A stretch of 64,000 nucleotides of DNA, taken from the NCBI GenBank assembly GCA_000708835.1, contig DF237148.1, positions 1-64,000 on the forward strand, in the 5' to 3' direction. Positions 49,316-62,068 of the stretch are shown one piece after another (position 1 is the first letter of the stretch; every line of letters begins with the position of its first letter). Source of the DNA: Klebsormidium nitens (lineage: Eukaryota > Plantae > Klebsormidiophyceae). Position numbers and translations under genes: made by a program. Under the pieces are notes generated by a model. The model ran no database searches, had not been told where the DNA came from, and was given only the letters and a program-made list of their open reading frames with translations.

Positions 49316-50692
49316 AATCAGTAGCTAATTGCAGGTCGATTGCATCATGTTTCGAGAACGGGGCAACAAGTCTGAATTATTGCCAAGATGCAAAATTCAA
49401 ACGGTCAAGTTGAGGACCAGTAGGATTCGAGTAGTAAGCCCGGTAAGAAACTCTTTGCTTCGACTCCTGTCTGCCAGCATAAGATTAAACAGTGCAAGTC
49501 GAAGCATTCTAAGGAAGAGAATGCGAAAGACACTACTTCGCCACTGGATTTTCGCCACACAGATGCTGCCACTTTTACACTTTGGCTTTCCAGAGCGCAC
49601 ATGTTGCTCATTCCATCCACTAAAGACGTGCCGATACCTCAAGCTTTGACGAGTTTTGCTGGACACAATGTCATGGACTCTAGTCGAGCTTCACTGGCAT
49701 GCTAGTCATTATCAGCTGGCGGTGGCCGCGCCATGCTGAGCTGAGCCGACGTAAAATGACAAATTATAATGGAAATTAACATTGGCATATAACATTGCAA
49801 GCGTTGGCCGCACCTTTCATGGCAGCCCACGGGCGGGCTTCCTCGGTCACCCTTTAGCGCAGCGCTGCGCAAGGCTAGGCGCACGTACCGTGCAGGCCGT
49901 GAATCTAAAATTTCGTGTCTGAGCCAATTGTACTGGTAATCAAGTCCTAAATGCAGCTGCTTATGCATGATCGACAGCTTTCTGGCGTAACAAAGCCAGC
50001 AACTCAACTTAAACTTATGAGATTTTGACACTGTTAATGTTTGCCTGCATATAACAAAATCTACTGTTTTACATTCAGCTAGTTGCCAAAGCCTTTTCAA
50101 CATGGAGAACTCGACAAAGAAAAGTATACAGCAAAGTCAAAATGCCGCCATTTCGTCAACAGATGTGTCTCTTGATTTGTGATCACGTATCAGCGATCGA
50201 CAAGGGATTTGTTGGTCAGCGTGTGACTTCTCAGGCCCATCACAAGTTGGATGCGAATATCGTCATCATCGATATCAAGAATTATTTCGATCCATTGCAG
50301 AGTCCGCCCATCAAGCATCTTCATGCCATTGCTTGTAAGGTTAAGCAGCTTCTCAGACAATAATTCATCAGATTTGGTTGTTCAAGTACTCAGATATATG
50401 TCTCTTTGATCCTAAGACCATTAGACTTGTTGCACTCTCATGCTGCTCGTCCCAGATCCCATTGACTCTCCTGATTACTTGCCTGAATGGAGCTTCCATG
50501 CAACTGTCCGCAGGTTTGTGTTCAAATGAAGAAGGAGTTGGGCCTGGGTTGGTTGAGGCATGTATGCAATGCACCTAGTAAGTTAACCTTCAGAGGCTGA
50601 ACTAGTAAAGCTTATACAAGAGTCTGCCAACACTTGCCAAATCTTTTAGAGCCGAAAAGTCAAGCAGCTGGAGTGCCTCACAATCTGCTTGA

Positions 50693-50950
50693 TTACGCGG
50701 TGTTGGGACGGTTTGCTCTAGCACATTCTCGACGGTACGACCACTTTCCCAGGTAATAGCCTCCAATGCTAGCACTGCATACGATTCCAGACAAAAGCAG
50801 CAACGCAGTCCTGTTCCTCTCACAAAAGTTAGCTAATTGATCAAGGGCTACAAAGGGTTCAAGACCTTCACGGACTTCATTAAGGGCGGCCTCTAATCGC
50901 GCAACACAGCGGGGACAGGGCTTCGAGCAACAACAAGGCTTAGGCGCCAT
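50693..50950 (-). CDS. Hypothetical small protein (85 aa) with a C-terminal hydrophobic segment
   Basis: ATG ORF MAPKPCCCSKPCPRC...TALLLLSGIVCSASIGGYYLGKWSYRR, starting ~130 bp from the GC island. No homology evidence. Confidence 0.3.
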   Translation of the reverse strand: MAPKPCCCSKPCPRCVARLEAALNEVREGLEPFVALDQLANFCERNRTALLLLSGIVCSASIGGYYLGKWSYRRECARANRPNTA

Positions 50951-51074
50951 ACCGAAGCTATTGGAACGCCACGTGCTCACGTGCAAACAGCTGCTTCGAC
51001 TGCTCCTTTTGATGCAACAAAAGCCGACCTTTTGTTCCTTGTTTCCAAGTCACGATACTCCAGGTGACCAATAT

Positions 51075-51490
51075 ATCGCGGCCGCTTTAGTGGAATAAAG
51101 CGAGGTTCAAGGGTTTAGTAATCAGCGGGCCGCCGCGCGCCGTTCAGCCGGGCCGCCGGTCACTGCGGCCGCGCTCACCTAGTAGCCGACTAACCGGGCC
51201 GCGCGGGCGGCACAAATCTTGGGCTGGCACTGGCTAGTATAGCGCAAAGGCGGCACAGGCGGGCCGCGCGGCCGCGTCAAGCGGGGCCGCGGCCTGCCCC
51301 GGGCGGCCGCGCATCAGGTTTACACGGCCCAATCATGGGGCCGGCCGCTTGCGCGGCTGATTGGCGGACGCTCGCCGCGGTCCGGCGCGGCCGCGCACAA
51401 TGTGACCGCGATCGGGGCCGCAGGGCGGCCGCGCCTGTCGGCCGGGGCTTTATTCAGTGAGTAGGAGAGCGCATGCGGCCGGCCGCGGGA
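51075..51490. promoter_or_regulatory. GC/CpG island, candidate bidirectional promoter
   Basis: Six GCGGCCGC sites, CCAAT motifs on both strands (ggcccaatca, gattggc), no credible ORF, and divergent ATG ORFs on either side. Confidence 0.45.
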
Positions 51491-51910
51491 AGTACCTTGC
51501 GCCAGTCACATTTTAACGGCCAACCAGAACGTGTCGTTGGCAGGTAGCTCGGCACATGGTGCAACAGGTTCTGAGCTGCCAAGTGGCGCCTCTAATCGAC
51601 AGGTGGACATGTGTAGGCACCACAAAATCTTAAGATGTTGCTTTTGAAACCCTGGGAAACCAACTTCTGCCACTTGGCACCTTTTTCTTAGACCTCTGCA
51701 AAACCCCGCCGGCCGCCCCCAACTCTGTCCGGGCGACGGGTCGCTTTGGTTGGAACTCCACGTTTATGTTTGTCTGAAAGCGTCGATCGGGCGCCATTCC
51801 TTTGACAACATGTTCCAAAGCTGACGCAATCCTTCATCTCACCACCCGCAAGGGACTCTTCTTGCTCAATCCATCTGTCTTCATCTACGCTAAGTCGTCA
51901 CAATCTGAGC

Positions 51911-53344
51911 ATGGCTCGCATTCTGCGTGGAGGAAGCTCAAGCGGCCACGGTGGTGGCAGCAGCAGCAGCAGTGGCAGTCATGGTTCGACTGCCGGGGCT
52001 GCGGCTGTTGGTGCGATTGTTGGCTCTCACTCTAGTGGATCAGGCCACTCTTCAGGTACCAAGGTCATTCTGCTCTTGTTTCCTTGAGTTTGCCCTTGAA
52101 GGTTGTCATCTACTCTTGAAAAGCACAGTGAATCCTCACGTCAAGCCACTTTTGTTACTTTGTTCAAGCATCATTGATCAAGCACATAGTGTCATATTCG
52201 ACAACTTGGCAAAGTCTTGCGACTTCAGAGCTAAGCGAGGCCTCTTTCGGCTACGGCACAGACGTGCAATGTCTTGATCAATCATGGCTTCATAATCATC
52301 CGCTTCATGTTGAAGTGTACGTTTTTGTTCAAGAGTGGAAGTGATTGTCCAGGTCTTTCGTCTAAAGTCAAGCTGGCTTTCTGGCTTTCGAGAGTCGAAT
52401 AAGGACTTTGCAAATCGTGAAGACAGTATACCAGGCGTGCCGTGTAGCCTTCAGATCATGCATGTTTGGTGACAAAGGTTGTGCTCAAAACAGATGCTTC
52501 GTGTGTAATCTCCTCAATGTAAGCCTACCTGATGCGTCTGCTTCCGTCTCACCGCTCTCACTATTGTACAACCTTCCAACCTGCCGTCAATAGTGTCGAG
52601 GTTTGTCTTACTAATTCAACTGATCAAAGACGCCAGATGGAATAGGCAGATGCTCTTGCCGTTGAGCAGAGCGATCAGCGATTCTACCCATTCAAAAGAT
52701 GTGTGCTTGTTGCTACTGATCACCAGACCTCACACTTCCACTTCTGCGTGTTCCTTCGTTATTCGTACAGCTACTACTCGCATGCAAGATACAAGGTAAT
52801 ATTCTCCAGTTTGACTGAACCTTCTCTTGTTGTATTTGAGTTCTTACTTCTTGGTTGGTGTGATTGGTCAGATCGATCGGGGTCGTCAAGCTGATTGCAG
52901 TGCATCTAGACGTCTCCCGACTACTTACGGCTCCACAGACTACCTCCTTATATCCCCAACCGTCTCATCAATCTGGTCTTATTTGGATCGATCATCCAAG
53001 TCTGAGACCAATCTTTCTTCCTTGCAGGGCACGGCGGTTGCAACCACGCCTGCAAGATCTCGCTCATCGTGGTGGGGTCCATCGCTGGCGCCATCATTCT
53101 GCTCACACTCATTTTCGCCTGCATCGGCTCCTGGTACGACTGGAAGAGTACGCGCCCTATTCATCGGCACTTCCGCCGGAACAAGCGGCCGGCGGATCAG
53201 CTCGCGCCCGCGGGCGCTGACGCCACGGCTGACCCCATGGCGAAGAACGACGCGCCCGCGGGTGCGGATCCGCTCGCAAAGATGGCCACCCCAGGCCACG
53301 AGTTGAGCGCACTGAAGGCGGCCACCCCTAAGCCGATCGGTTGA
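51911..53344 (+). CDS. Small Gly/Ser/His-rich single-pass membrane protein (~153 aa; N-terminus may extend upstream)
   Basis: Exons 51911-52055 (TCA G|gtacca) and 53028-53344 (cttgcag|GG), phase 1 match: MARILRGGSSSGHGGGSSSSSGSHG...HSSG|HGGCNHACK-ISLIVVGSIAGAIILLTLIFACIGSWY-DWKSTRPIHRHFRRNKR... Confidence 0.6.
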
Positions 53345-54286
53345 ACAAAAGATGTAACGCTAGCTCGCGTAGTGTAGATGCCACGCGCGCGCAACCGCTT
53401 GGCTAAGCAGGGTTAGTAAGTAATCCACGTTGGTCGTGTCTGTCATGTGTGTGATAGGTTGCTTCCTTGTAAGAAGGAGCTTCTAGGACTCCTAGGATGG
53501 TAAACGTAAATGCGAATGCTGCGGCATAGGACTATCTTTCGATAGTGCGTTGAGACGTACTGAGGGCCCTGGCATGCGCTGTTGCGGAGAAGCAAACGGT
53601 TCGTGAAAAGTTCTTGACCTGAAAGACCGTGTATAAATCATTCCTTTGGGTGCCATAATCGAGTATGCACATCGTGCGTCGCAAATGTTCAAGTCATGCT
53701 GCGGATTACTTCTTCCTTGTGTATCGTGTCAATTTACCGCTGGCCTAATGCCGCGCGATTGTGTATTTTGTCATAAACTGAGTCAGCCGCAAAGATGATG
53801 CAGATACTCGCATTGTCTCCGAAGCTTCCCCAAGTCTATTTATTCAGAGTGCCGTATGTTGCGTTCCTAGACTCCAAGCTTCGTGGAATTCCCGTGCACA
53901 AGCCTGTAACTTTCTAGATTGCTTCGTTGCACGCTAATCAACCCAGCACAGTCGCATGACAAGCATCGTAGTGCCCATTGCCCAGCAAGGTCCTTTCCGG
54001 TGGCTCAAAGAAATGCTGGATCCGGCACGTCCTCTTCAGCTTGTTGTTACGTATATCGGGCTCTACAAAGTTCTTTTCCAGGGTTTTGTACATAATTCGG
54101 TGCAACATATCTTTTCGTAAACACTTGAAAAATTAAGGGTGACGCTCTACGCTTCGTGTAATTCCTTCTTCACAATTGCAGAACCGATTACCTAGTCGAA
54201 AGTAATCAGAAGCAAACCACGCTATAACACTTCCACATCTGCACCCGATCTCTCCGGCTCTTGAGCAAATCGTACTCCCCTCGCTC

Positions 54287-57200
54287 TCAAACCAGGCAGT
54301 TTGGATAGTGCGCGCGCAGAGTGGGTTCGTACCGCCTCCTGAGGTCCAGCAGGTCTCGCGGGTGGCCTTGCCAGAGCCGTTTCATTGAGTGGTAGCCCTT
54401 CTGGCTGCTGCTGACAACAGACTGACGCAGCGTGGAGCAGAGCGCGAGCGATGTGGGGGGGCACGCCAGGCCCAATTGGGAGTAGAAGTCGGGCCACGTG
54501 GCAACCTGAAGTGATGATAAGAATAGTTCATGATGTTTCCGCGTGCGTTCACTCTTTCTGCTTGTTGGTATTCCTCAGAGCTGGTCTCGTCGGAAAGACA
54601 ACGTTTCCGGCAAAAGGCTTGACTTTCTTTGTGGACTGTAACCAAGCGGAACGGCTTTTTCGTTTGGGAATGTTGGAAACTGAAAGCTCTCCACTCCTCC
54701 TCCTGAATTGAGGCTGGTTCAGATAAAGAGAGCTGGATCACTTCAGTTTAAAGACGTTTTTCGGATAATTATACCGCATTTGTTCAGATTGCCCCACCTT
54801 AAGCACGTCGTACCATGTCTTCTGCAGCTTGCGCGTGAGGCCCGGCCACGGGTAGCCGTACCGCTGCGCGTATTCCGCCAGGATGTCGCGGACGGAACTG
54901 CCGGACGGACGGACGAGCAGCAAGAACGCCACCTGCACGATCGCCAGGCAAGTTCTCAATTGCTTTTTCCTGAATGTGTTCTGTACTGCTTTCCTCCTCG
55001 CTTTTGAGTATTCACCTTGATCAGTTTATACGTCCTGCAAATTGCTATAAAACTCCAACAGCTCAAAACTGGTTGATTCTTGTTCCGAATGGGACTCCAC
55101 CATTCCTACATCGCCACCCAGCTTGAAGGCTTTTAGGAGCCTAAAAGATCTTGTCGGTCAAATCTTCTAATGTCTCCTCTTAATGTAGTACTAACTCTTC
55201 ATGGAGCCCCTAACAAGTTAAAAAGGTTCACGGAACTCACGCAACGCCTACCTGGAACATGATGAGCCGTCTTGTTACGGCGGTCTCCCTGAAGGTGGTG
55301 GCCAGGCGGTGTTCCGACACGGTGTCGGAGGCCTCCAGAATTGCCAGCTCGGGGTGCGCCTTCAGGAGCCACAGCACGTTCCTGCACACGTCATCGTGAC
55401 GTCCGGAAATGATTAAATCTCAGGTTACTCACACATTTCAGCACCATCCGGCCGTAAGTAGCTTGGTGTGGACTGAAAAAGCTACACTTCTGGTTCCTGA
55501 TTCCTAGCAGTACGAGTTGCAAACCTGCACTAAGCTTGGACAATGAAGAAAGACCTACGAGATCTAGACATTGATTATGCTCTATTGGGAGGCCGAAGAA
55601 GAACTAGCGTAGAGAAAGCGTTACCATATACTCTGCTCAAAGCCCTTATGTCAAGCGAGCCCCGATTGTGCACAAGATAAAAGCAGACACTCTCTAATGG
55701 CCGCGCGCGCACCTGTCAAAACTCTCCGCAACGAACGCGGGCGCCAGGCTGGCCCAGGTGACTCCCCCGGTCTTGGCGACGCTCAGCAGCACCAAAAGCT
55801 CGCCCAGGTCGGGGGTCTCGTTTTTCTCCCGAGCGCTCAGGTTGGAATGGAACCGAGAGAGTGCTCGGTCGACCGCCGCTTGGATCACTGGGTAGTCCTG
55901 TGCCAGGCGCAGCAGCATGTGGTGCAGCTGACAATAGCTGCAACCGGGGAAGATTGGGACTGTCTGAAAGTAGCTGCGGGGTTACAGATAGTCCGCGAGG
56001 GTTTTGCAAGCTGGCCTATGCTGGCGGACTGTTAGAAGGCGCACGTGCCACATCATGCTTGTAGAACTTACGTGTATATGTGCCAGCTTCGAAAAGTAGG
56101 GAAAACTCCTTGAAACGAAGTGAATATGCTTTTCTAGCAGATCCGTTTTCCTCCATCTAACTGAGGCATCTTACAGTCCTATTCAAGCGCGTATTGAAAT
56201 AAACGCGTCGCAGCCAAAACCTGCACATTCACCCCGCTTGACTTGTGATGAAAGCGCCGTCTCTTGGCTCAAATAAAAACGAGGCTCACCCCAGAAGAGC
56301 TTTCTCAGAGGCGTGCAGGTTCACGTGCTTTTCTGAGCCATCCTGCTTCATGAAGGAGACCACCATGCCGTTCATCAGGCGGGGGAGAACCTGCGGGAGT
56401 ACAGCTAGAGAAGCTTCGCCTGTGATGTATTTTTCTGGGTTCAAGCATTGAAAGTCCTGAAAGTTAGACCAAGTCGAGTCACAAAGAGATTGCGGCTTTC
56501 GTAAGTGAGGCATTCAGGAAAGTGAACGGTCGAATGGACAATGCAGTGGCCCTTCGCGCCAACTGAGAAAAATATCTTTGAAATGTTTAGCGAGTCTGCA
56601 TCTCATTCAAAGAATTAAGACGTCGTAAGGGTCATTTTTTCCGGAGGAAAGTAAGTGAAGGGATGCTCAAATCAGAGGTTCAGAGATAAGAGGCCAGAAG
56701 GCGCGCTCAAAACGCAAAACGCAGGTTCTGATGATTTTCCTCTTGTAAACGCCCACCTTCAGTGTGTCCAGCGGCGAGAAGTGCCGCGCCATGTCCAGGA
56801 TGGCGACATGTGTCACCTTCGAGCGCCGGGGGTCCGTGGCGAGCGCCGCGATGGTGCCCTTAAGAAGCGGGAGCGCGCGCGCGCAGTGCTGTTCGTCCAG
56901 GAGCAGGGGGAGCCACCAATTCAACCTGGAGACGACGCATCGGTGATGTGAGCCTGAGTCTTTCGAAGGTATTGTCAAACAGAAACAGAGGATCAGCATG
57001 AGTTTCTGACTTTCTAACTTCAGCTGCTGCGTTAAGCACAGGGTGTAAAAGTTTGTCTCTGACTTTCTTTTCTTCCCTATTTTTTTTGAGGGCTGATCTC
57101 GTCTTGTAACCAGATTTTAGGATTAATTAAACGACAGCTTGCAGCCAAGCGGGTCGAAGACCAAGTGCAGCTTGATTGGCAGGCCTTCGGTCACGCTTCG

Positions 57201-60083
57201 CATGTGACTTTAGGTCCATCCGCCAGCCTGTCCCCAACAGAAACTACATTGCTTCCTAAATTTGTCAAGTGAAGGCTAATACAAATCAAAAACGCATCTC
57301 TTAATGTTCGAAATCAGAGCTTACCTCTCGTTCCAGACGCCTTTGCGCACTCCGTTCTCGAAGAACGCCCCCGCCGAGAGGTAGTCCATCAGCAGCACGC
57401 CCTCCTACCGCTTCGCGCCCGGCGTCTCCAAACCCTTCACACTCATCCCAAACCCCAAAACCTCTTCGCCGAAGCCGCGCTTCGTGTGGAAGCACTGGAG
57501 CTCGCGGCGCACCCACGCGCCGCGCTCCGTGGCCGCGCGCGCGTAGTGCCGGTTCGCGCGCACGAGCGCGGAGAGCGCGGCCGCGTCCAGCCGGTCCATG
57601 ACTTCGACCAGGACGTCCGCGGGGAGCTCGCTCAGGCGGTCCGCGGCCGGGTTGCGCGCCGGGGGTTTGGACGCGGCCGGCGCGCTCGGGCGCGGGGTTT
57701 GGGCGGCTGAGGGCCGGGCGGCTGGTGTGAGGGCGAGACGCGCGCGCTTCGACGAACGGGCGGATGCGCTCTCCGAGTCGTAAGAGGAGTCCTCAGGGTC
57801 GCCAGAAGCGGTGCAGGGATCGTCGAGCGAGCCAACGCGCTGGCACAAGAAGGGATGGGACTCAGATACAAGCTTCGCCATTAACTTCTCGAATCCGAAG
57901 CCAACCACATGTTTGGATCGTAGCGGCGGATGATTTTGACGCCGGGGTGGCGGACATTCTTCGGGCAGGTTTTGCATCGTCTTCTGCGGATGGCTCTCTA
58001 GTTGTGTGCTCTTGTACAATGGTGCAAGAATCATGAATAACCCGCATAAGAATCAATTGCCAACTCTCGATCCCGTTTTTCGTACGAACACTTAACCCGC
58101 AGATGTCATTTCTACATTACCTGAGCATCACAGGCGGCCTGCGCACTCTCCCGCGCGCGCTCTCCTGCCGCGATCGCCGCACCCCTGAACCCGCAGCCGG
58201 CGCAGATGAACGCGGCCGCGTCGCGCCGGGCATCTTCGACCTCGTTCTGGTCGGCTCTGTTGACCACTGTATACACTTTGCTTGCCGCAGCGTGCCTGTA
58301 CTCGTCGGGGTCATCGTCTGAGTCGGACGCATCTGGATCTTGAACCTGCAGTGCCCCAAGTATTGTTTATCTTTCTGCCTCCTGAACGAAAGGTGCCGGA
58401 GGAATACGCGTAGCGAACCTTGAGAAGAGGTTCCTTGAGCTCATGATCTTTGCTTCAAACTTGACACGGTAAAGATACCAACTACGACCAACATCTATTG
58501 AACTTGATTGTGTCCATTTTAACTCATATCCTGCAGGGAATATCGGACCAACAGCTATTCATCTCAACAGTAGCGCACAAGGCTCAAAGTTTTAAGATAT
58601 CGTTTACCGATCATGCGGTGGAGGCTTGGGATTCGTTGATTTTTGTCCTTTGTCGAAGGAAGATGACCTTGTTGGGGAAGAATTAAGCTGACCTGGGGGA
58701 CATTCTCCGCGAACAGGAAGCTCTGCAGCTGCAGCAGGACACTCTGGACGCTGTACGCCGTGGACCAACCTGGGAGCGACACGTGGTTGGCTTGGTGAGA
58801 AGCGACTTGCGGATGCATTTGATTACCAGCATATGAGCCGGCACTTTGAATGATTCCAATTGAGAAGCTTTTAGCGAGGACGATTCATCTGTTCGACTCC
58901 GGTGACAAGCACGCGGGAAAGATCTAGGGCGTACCAAAGGTAGCAGACACGCGTCTCCGTCGATGCAGATAGAAGTAGATTGTATAGTACGGAAGATGGC
59001 TACATGTTTCATAGATCTATTGAAAGTGAAACACAGATTTCAATCCCCGTCAGGTGATTGACCGGGACTTGCGGCTACATCTAAACCCTAGCCCGGCACT
59101 GAAGCACGACATGGATCCCCCAATGACCAAACGAACTAGGCCTGGCAATCTTCTAGTAGCGTAGTCAGACTTTTGCACAGTCTTTCTCACCTCGATACGG
59201 CCCGGAGGCTTCTTCCGGTTCCTTGATCATATACAGGCAGATCCACTCTTCAAAAACGTTCTGCAAACGCAAGAGCATAAAATGTTGCATCTCAGGTTTC
59301 TCAATTAGCTCTCAGCAACCCGATCGCTCAGCTTTGAGTTGGTTTTCTTTGTCATAAGCTCCTTTCTTTCAAAAGCATCCAGCGCAGCCAGTCTCTAAGG
59401 ACAATTGCAACCTTTACCGGATCTCCGCAGTTCTATTTGCATAGTCCAGTTCAGGACTCAGCAGATCCAAAAACGAATCCACTGAAGGCCGGTGGTTTTT
59501 GGCAGAATGGCAACAAACTAGAAGTCGTCCGAATAAAGGAGAAGGACGCAAATAAAACACAGAATTGACAGTATGTCACTTACCGGGTGGCTCAGGAAGG
59601 TGCAGACGCGGACAAAGGGAGGCCGGTTCGGATAGTCACTCGGAAATTTTAGCACGAGGTGGAAAGGGATCCCCTGGTAGGGGCCTTCGTTTGGTTGAAG
59701 CGTGCAGAGCCATTCACTGCAAAAAGTGACGCAGATGCTGAGCAGCAGTTGGCTTGAGACGTGACGTCAGCGTGCAACCGGAAAAGGTTTGAGGAGCGTT
59801 GACTTCAGCAAACGAAGCACTTTACGCAAGCAAATCGCCTCCGATGAGGGATTATGACAGATGGCAAACGTCTCATGCCAGTTGGCAGATGAGAAGCTTT
59901 CTTTACATTCTTCTCTGCCAACGTGGACGCCTGGGACGCATAGTCTCAGAAGGACGAAAAATTGCCGTGGCCCGGCTGAGAGAGCCTGCATCACCTAATG
60001 TCTTTCTCAAGGGGTCTCGCCTTGACGGTGTGAATTGGCTCTTTCTGCACCTCCTTCCAGTCTCGCATCAGCCGTTGTTGTGC
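54287..60083 (-). pseudogene. E2/F-box-like paralog copy 2 with an in-frame nonsense codon
   Basis: Exons (minus) 59995-60083, 59584-59716, 59191-59260, 58693-58769, 58121-58345, ~57990-57325, 56757-56925, 56290-56390, 55713-55937, 55252-55381, 54798-54932, 54287-54505. Intron positions and phases match copy 1. TAG at 57405-57407 aligns with TGG (W) at 45131 of copy 1. First exon not located. Confidence 0.8.
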
Positions 60084-61260
60084 CTGCACAGACATTTAGG
60101 TTCCAGAATCTGATCACCCAAATTGAATTCAGGTTGTATTGTTTTAAATGGATACACATCAATCACAATGATTGTATCAGTCAAGACTGTCTTTCAGATG
60201 TGGAGCTTTGTAATCGGAGCTGCGGGCAGTGGCTTGGGTCAGCCAGCTGAGATTGAGTGGCTGCTTTATCCAAGGTCATATCTCCTGAACAGGTGGTTAA
60301 GTGAAAGCATCGTGTATGTCCAGCATAGGGATGCTTCAATGTTCAGAAAGTTCTGCACATAGGATATGAACCTGTGGTTGGACGCTTGGTGCTCTCAATC
60401 AGAACGTCTTGAGAGGAAACATGTCTCTAGCAAAGCAGAGACCTGTGAACCCTGCGAAGAGCAGAGTCCAACTTTCTGCAGGTTCCTGGGACTTTTTAAC
60501 TCTGGCCAGCACTTCGGAATTTGAATGCCCTCCTTTCCTCGCTTGTTGCTTATTCTAAATCTTGAAGTATTGCGTTGACATGCCCTCTGATCTCTTCGCA
60601 AATGGAGTGTCCTCTGTCAGAACCTGGGATTTTTTGAGCGAATAATTGGAAGGGGAGACGAGAGAGAACAGGGGAGTCATCTGCGCTCTTTCAGTACTTG
60701 GCGGGGCAGACACGTCTCTCTTTCATGCATAGCATATCCGCTGCATCAACTACTCTCAATCTACTCCATGCAAATACAATATCAGATCTCTTCTCCGATG
60801 TCCAGATCAGGCCGCCTTTTGCGTGAGAGTGATCCTTCTGGACATCCTCTTGAATATAACAATGCTCTTCCATGTGAAGATATCTGTCAAGAATTTTAGA
60901 ACAGATTCTGCGAGAGTATCTCGCAGAACGTAAGAGACTTCGCGTGTCTCTGCACAAAGGCAACAATAGCTTATTACGATCACAATCAGGCTTGATCAGG
61001 AATCCTCAGCAGCTTTCCTGCACTTACCTCTTTTGAGAGGGGATCCCTCCTGTCAGTACTTCTGTAACCCATTGCTCCGGCTTGTCACTTCAATCAGAAC
61101 GGCCCCTGCCGTCCTCCAACTATGCAAAGCACGTCTTGCAATGCTGTAGAGGGGCAAGGTTGCTTGCGAGATGGCGACTTTGACCAAAAGCGCTCTGATT
61201 GTTTGTTGTAATTTCTGATAACAAAAGACGCATGCTCTTTTAGAGACTACTATAGTGACC

Positions 61261-61350
61261 GTTGGCTGCGCGGCGGTGTCGCGGCCGCGCTTGTGCGTGC
61301 AAGTCCAATCATTGGCGGTCCGGCGGCGCGGCCGCGCCATAAACCTCGAC
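61261..61350. promoter_or_regulatory. Short GC-rich element with CCAAT, candidate promoter of E2 copy 2
   Basis: Two GCGGCCGC sites and gtccaatcattggc, ~1.2 kb upstream of copy 2's UBC exon. Same character as the 51.1-51.5 kb island. Confidence 0.3.
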
Positions 61351-62068
61351 GCGCCCTATTAATGCGGCAGCAAACTGGCTCAGCTAGATTTGTCCTTCTT
61401 TCCGGCTGCAGCTTGTGGGACCAAAGCTTCAACTTCAAGAAGAACACCATGACCTCTTTAGCCCAAGGTATTGCCCTCACGAGAGTCAGAAGATACCTTT
61501 GTTCGCAGGTAGGATAGACCAGTCATCCCTTCATCCAGTACTAACGCTGCTAGTCTTACAAATTAAAAGTTTTCAAGTATGTGGAATCGTTGCTGATTCA
61601 GAACTTTTTCATATCGCTCGACATCGGCGATCGCCCTGGAATACCGTAACTTCGCTTCCATAGCGCACTCTCAGCTGAAGAGGATCCTTTGGTTTGCCAA
61701 TCTTGGACACGGTTGAAGCCCCTCCATAGGTAACAAGAGACTCATGTGTACGGTCACTCATGATGCTTGCGCGCGCGCGCGCTTGAAATTCATCTTTTCC
61801 GTGCGAACGAGCTGCTTGTTTGAATTACCAAGACCGTATTCATCTCATCGTCCAAATTTTTGACTCGTTCCATCCTCAATCTCAATTAAAGCGATGGGAA
61901 TTTATCCTTTATCTTGACGGTTCCTTGGTCAACAGACTATCCGCTTTTCCTCTTACCAAATCTCAAGCCCTACTGAGCCCGCGATGCACGAACTCTCTCC
62001 TCTTTACAGCCGATCTTTCTGCGCTCTCGTCTTTTGTTGCTCGCTCGTCTCAATAGATTTCTTGACAA

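Noticed and set aside
49702-50363. ORFs 49702-50103 (-) and 50142-50363 (+)
   Set aside because: AT-rich, without host codon bias, splice support or recognisable motifs; probably chance ORFs.
51093-51455. MITE bounded by gaataaagc / gctttattc
   Set aside because: The inverted match is only 9 bp, does not extend outward and has no TSD. Kept only as a GC island.
6625-57407. Stop-codon reassignment (TAG=Gln, as in some ulvophyte algae) to explain in-frame stops
   Set aside because: The TAG at 57405 aligns with Trp (TGG) in copy 1, and the other internal stop is TGA, the same codon that ends the genes. Frameshifts co-occur, so mutation or error explains them better.
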